From contig JBDKJS010000124.1 of the NCBI GenBank assembly GCA_039806065.1, forward strand, positions 1 through 46,304: 46,304 nt of DNA. Reading direction: 5' to 3'. The DNA comes from Bacteroidota bacterium. Lineage in GTDB: Bacteria; Bacteroidota; Bacteroidia; AKYH767-A; 2013-40CM-41-45. Positions 45,403-46,304 of the stretch are shown here, piece after piece. The translations under genes and the position numbers were made by a program. Each line of letters opens with the position of its first letter. Positions within the stretch are counted from its first letter, which is position 1. The notes beneath the pieces were generated by a model, which did not search any database, was not told the DNA's origin, and saw only the letters and a program-made list of their open reading frames with translations.

Positions 45403-45996
45403 ATGAACTCACTGGTTTTCGCCACTAACAATATGTACAAAGTGAAGGAGGCGCGGCAATTATTGCAAAACAAGTACCAATTACTCACGCTTAGAGATAT
45501 TGGCTGCGAAGAAGAATTGCCTGAAACGCAACGTACCATAGCAGGCAATGCCATGCAAAAAGCGCTTTATGTTTTCGAAAAATATGGACAAAACTGTATA
45601 GCTGATGATACCGGTCTGGAAGTGGCTGCTCTGGGGGGCAGGCCAGGAGTTTATAGTGCTAGGTATGCTGGTGCACATGCCACCGCTGAATCAAATATGC
45701 GAAAGCTACTAACAGAAATGAAGGGAGAGACCAAGCGTGATGCTTTGTTCAGAACGGTTATAGCACTTATTTTAGATGATCGAAGGTTTGCTTTTGAAGG
45801 AGTCATTGAAGGTACCATTGCTTATGAGCCCATAGGCGATGGTGGGTTTGGTTACGATCCTATTTTCGTGCCGAAGCAAAGTAATTTATCTTTTGCTCAA
45901 ATGAGTCCAGAAGAAAAAAATAAGTTGTCACACAGGGCAATTGCGGTGAATGAGCTATACAAACATTTATTATTACAACAACAATTCATTAAATAA
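45403..45996 (+). CDS. rdgB: Non-canonical purine NTP pyrophosphatase (RdgB/HAM1 family)
   Basis: LVFATNNMYKVKE start, DDTGLEV, and GGFGYDPIF...SFAQMSPEEKNKLSHR. Confidence 0.9.
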   Translation: MNSLVFATNNMYKVKEARQLLQNKYQLLTLRDIGCEEELPETQRTIAGNAMQKALYVFEKYGQNCIADDTGLEVAALGGRPGVYSARYAGAHATAESNMRKLLTEMKGETKRDALFRTVIALILDDRRFAFEGVIEGTIAYEPIGDGGFGYDPIFVPKQSNLSFAQMSPEEKNKLSHRAIAVNELYKHLLLQQQFIK

Positions 45997-45998
45997 TA

Positions 45999-46304
45999 TT
46001 GGAAACTTTAGATCAATTTTCAAAGGCACTTTTTTATACCCTACCTGCCATAGCCGGTATGGCAGCTCTTATTTTTATGAATAAGCAGTATTTAAAACAA
46101 AGTCGCGAACTATCCTTGATAGAAATAAAAAAACAAAATCTCAAACTTTCACTTCAAAACAAGCTGCAAGCTTATGAGCGGCTCATACTGTTGATGGAAA
46201 GAATATCTCCTAACTCATTGCTTCCAAGAATGTATAAAACTGGGAACAACGTTAGTAATTTTCAACAAGAACTCATTGCCACTATCAGGGCTGAGTTTGA
46301 GCAT
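45999..46304 (+). CDS. Hypothetical membrane-anchored protein (partial; continues beyond the window's right edge)
   Basis: Hand translated. The frame is open from the TTG at 45999 (first in-frame ATG at 46059) to the window end: ...LFYTLPAIAGMAALIFMNKQYLKQSRELSLIEIKKQNLKLSLQNKLQAYERLILLMERISP... It has one hydrophobic segment and then a charged helical region. No family was recognised. Confidence 0.35.
   Translation, partial: METLDQFSKALFYTLPAIAGMAALIFMNKQYLKQSRELSLIEIKKQNLKLSLQNKLQAYERLILLMERISPNSLLPRMYKTGNNVSNFQQELIATIRAEFEH

Noticed and set aside
1-46304. Search for CRISPR arrays, tRNA/rRNA genes, IS elements, restriction-modification, toxin-antitoxin or other defence modules.
   Set aside because: I saw no regularly spaced direct repeats, cloverleaf-like or rRNA-like segments, transposases, nucleases or helicases, and no small paired ORFs with a toxin-antitoxin layout. 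The intergenic space is short and is accounted for by promoters and terminators. This was a by-eye scan only, so tRNAscan-SE, Infernal and a defence-system finder would be needed to be decisive.

Overview
This 46.3-kb AT-rich window looks like chromosomal DNA from a member of the Bacteroidota. The evidence is three proteins ending in T9SS type-A sorting domains, SprB-type repeats, a fused SecDF, the parA-parB-DUF5683-dapB-lepB gene order, and recurring TAnnTTTG boxes upstream of operon starts. Gene density is high, with about 46 CDS, many of them with overlapping stop and start codons.

Positions 1-26.7 kb are mostly housekeeping genes:
- a Na+/solute symporter, PIG-L deacetylase, DUF486 and GH16-like operon
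- xerD, tatA and secDF
- phoH and purC; purA, a STAS protein and fur
- lepB, dapB, parB and parA
- a UPF0173 hydrolase, a PUR-alpha-like DUF3276 protein and DUF4293
- two large repeat-rich T9SS cargo genes interspersed among these

Positions 26.7-45.3 kb are one glycan-biosynthesis locus. It encodes gmd and fcl, a Wzm/Wzt ABC exporter whose Wzt carries a C-terminal extension, five predicted methyltransferases (four FkbM-like), an AsnB-type amidotransferase, and a GT11-like fucosyltransferase plus three other glycosyltransferase candidates. A 1373-aa PKD/CARDB T9SS cargo gene sits in the middle of it on the opposite strand.

I found no rRNA, tRNA, CRISPR array, transposase, prophage or recognisable defence or toxin-antitoxin module. 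The best candidate for something undescribed is this ABC-exported, fucose-containing, heavily methylated and probably amidated glycan locus with its embedded cargo gene. That functional link is my inference, not something the sequence demonstrates.

Smaller leads:
- a 30-codon membrane micro-ORF wedged between the deacetylase and the symporter
- a PKD domain split by six ~52-aa repeats
- a DUF62-like protein with degenerate SAM-binding motifs, translationally coupled to an ABM-domain protein

All family calls come from motifs read by eye. No database search was run.
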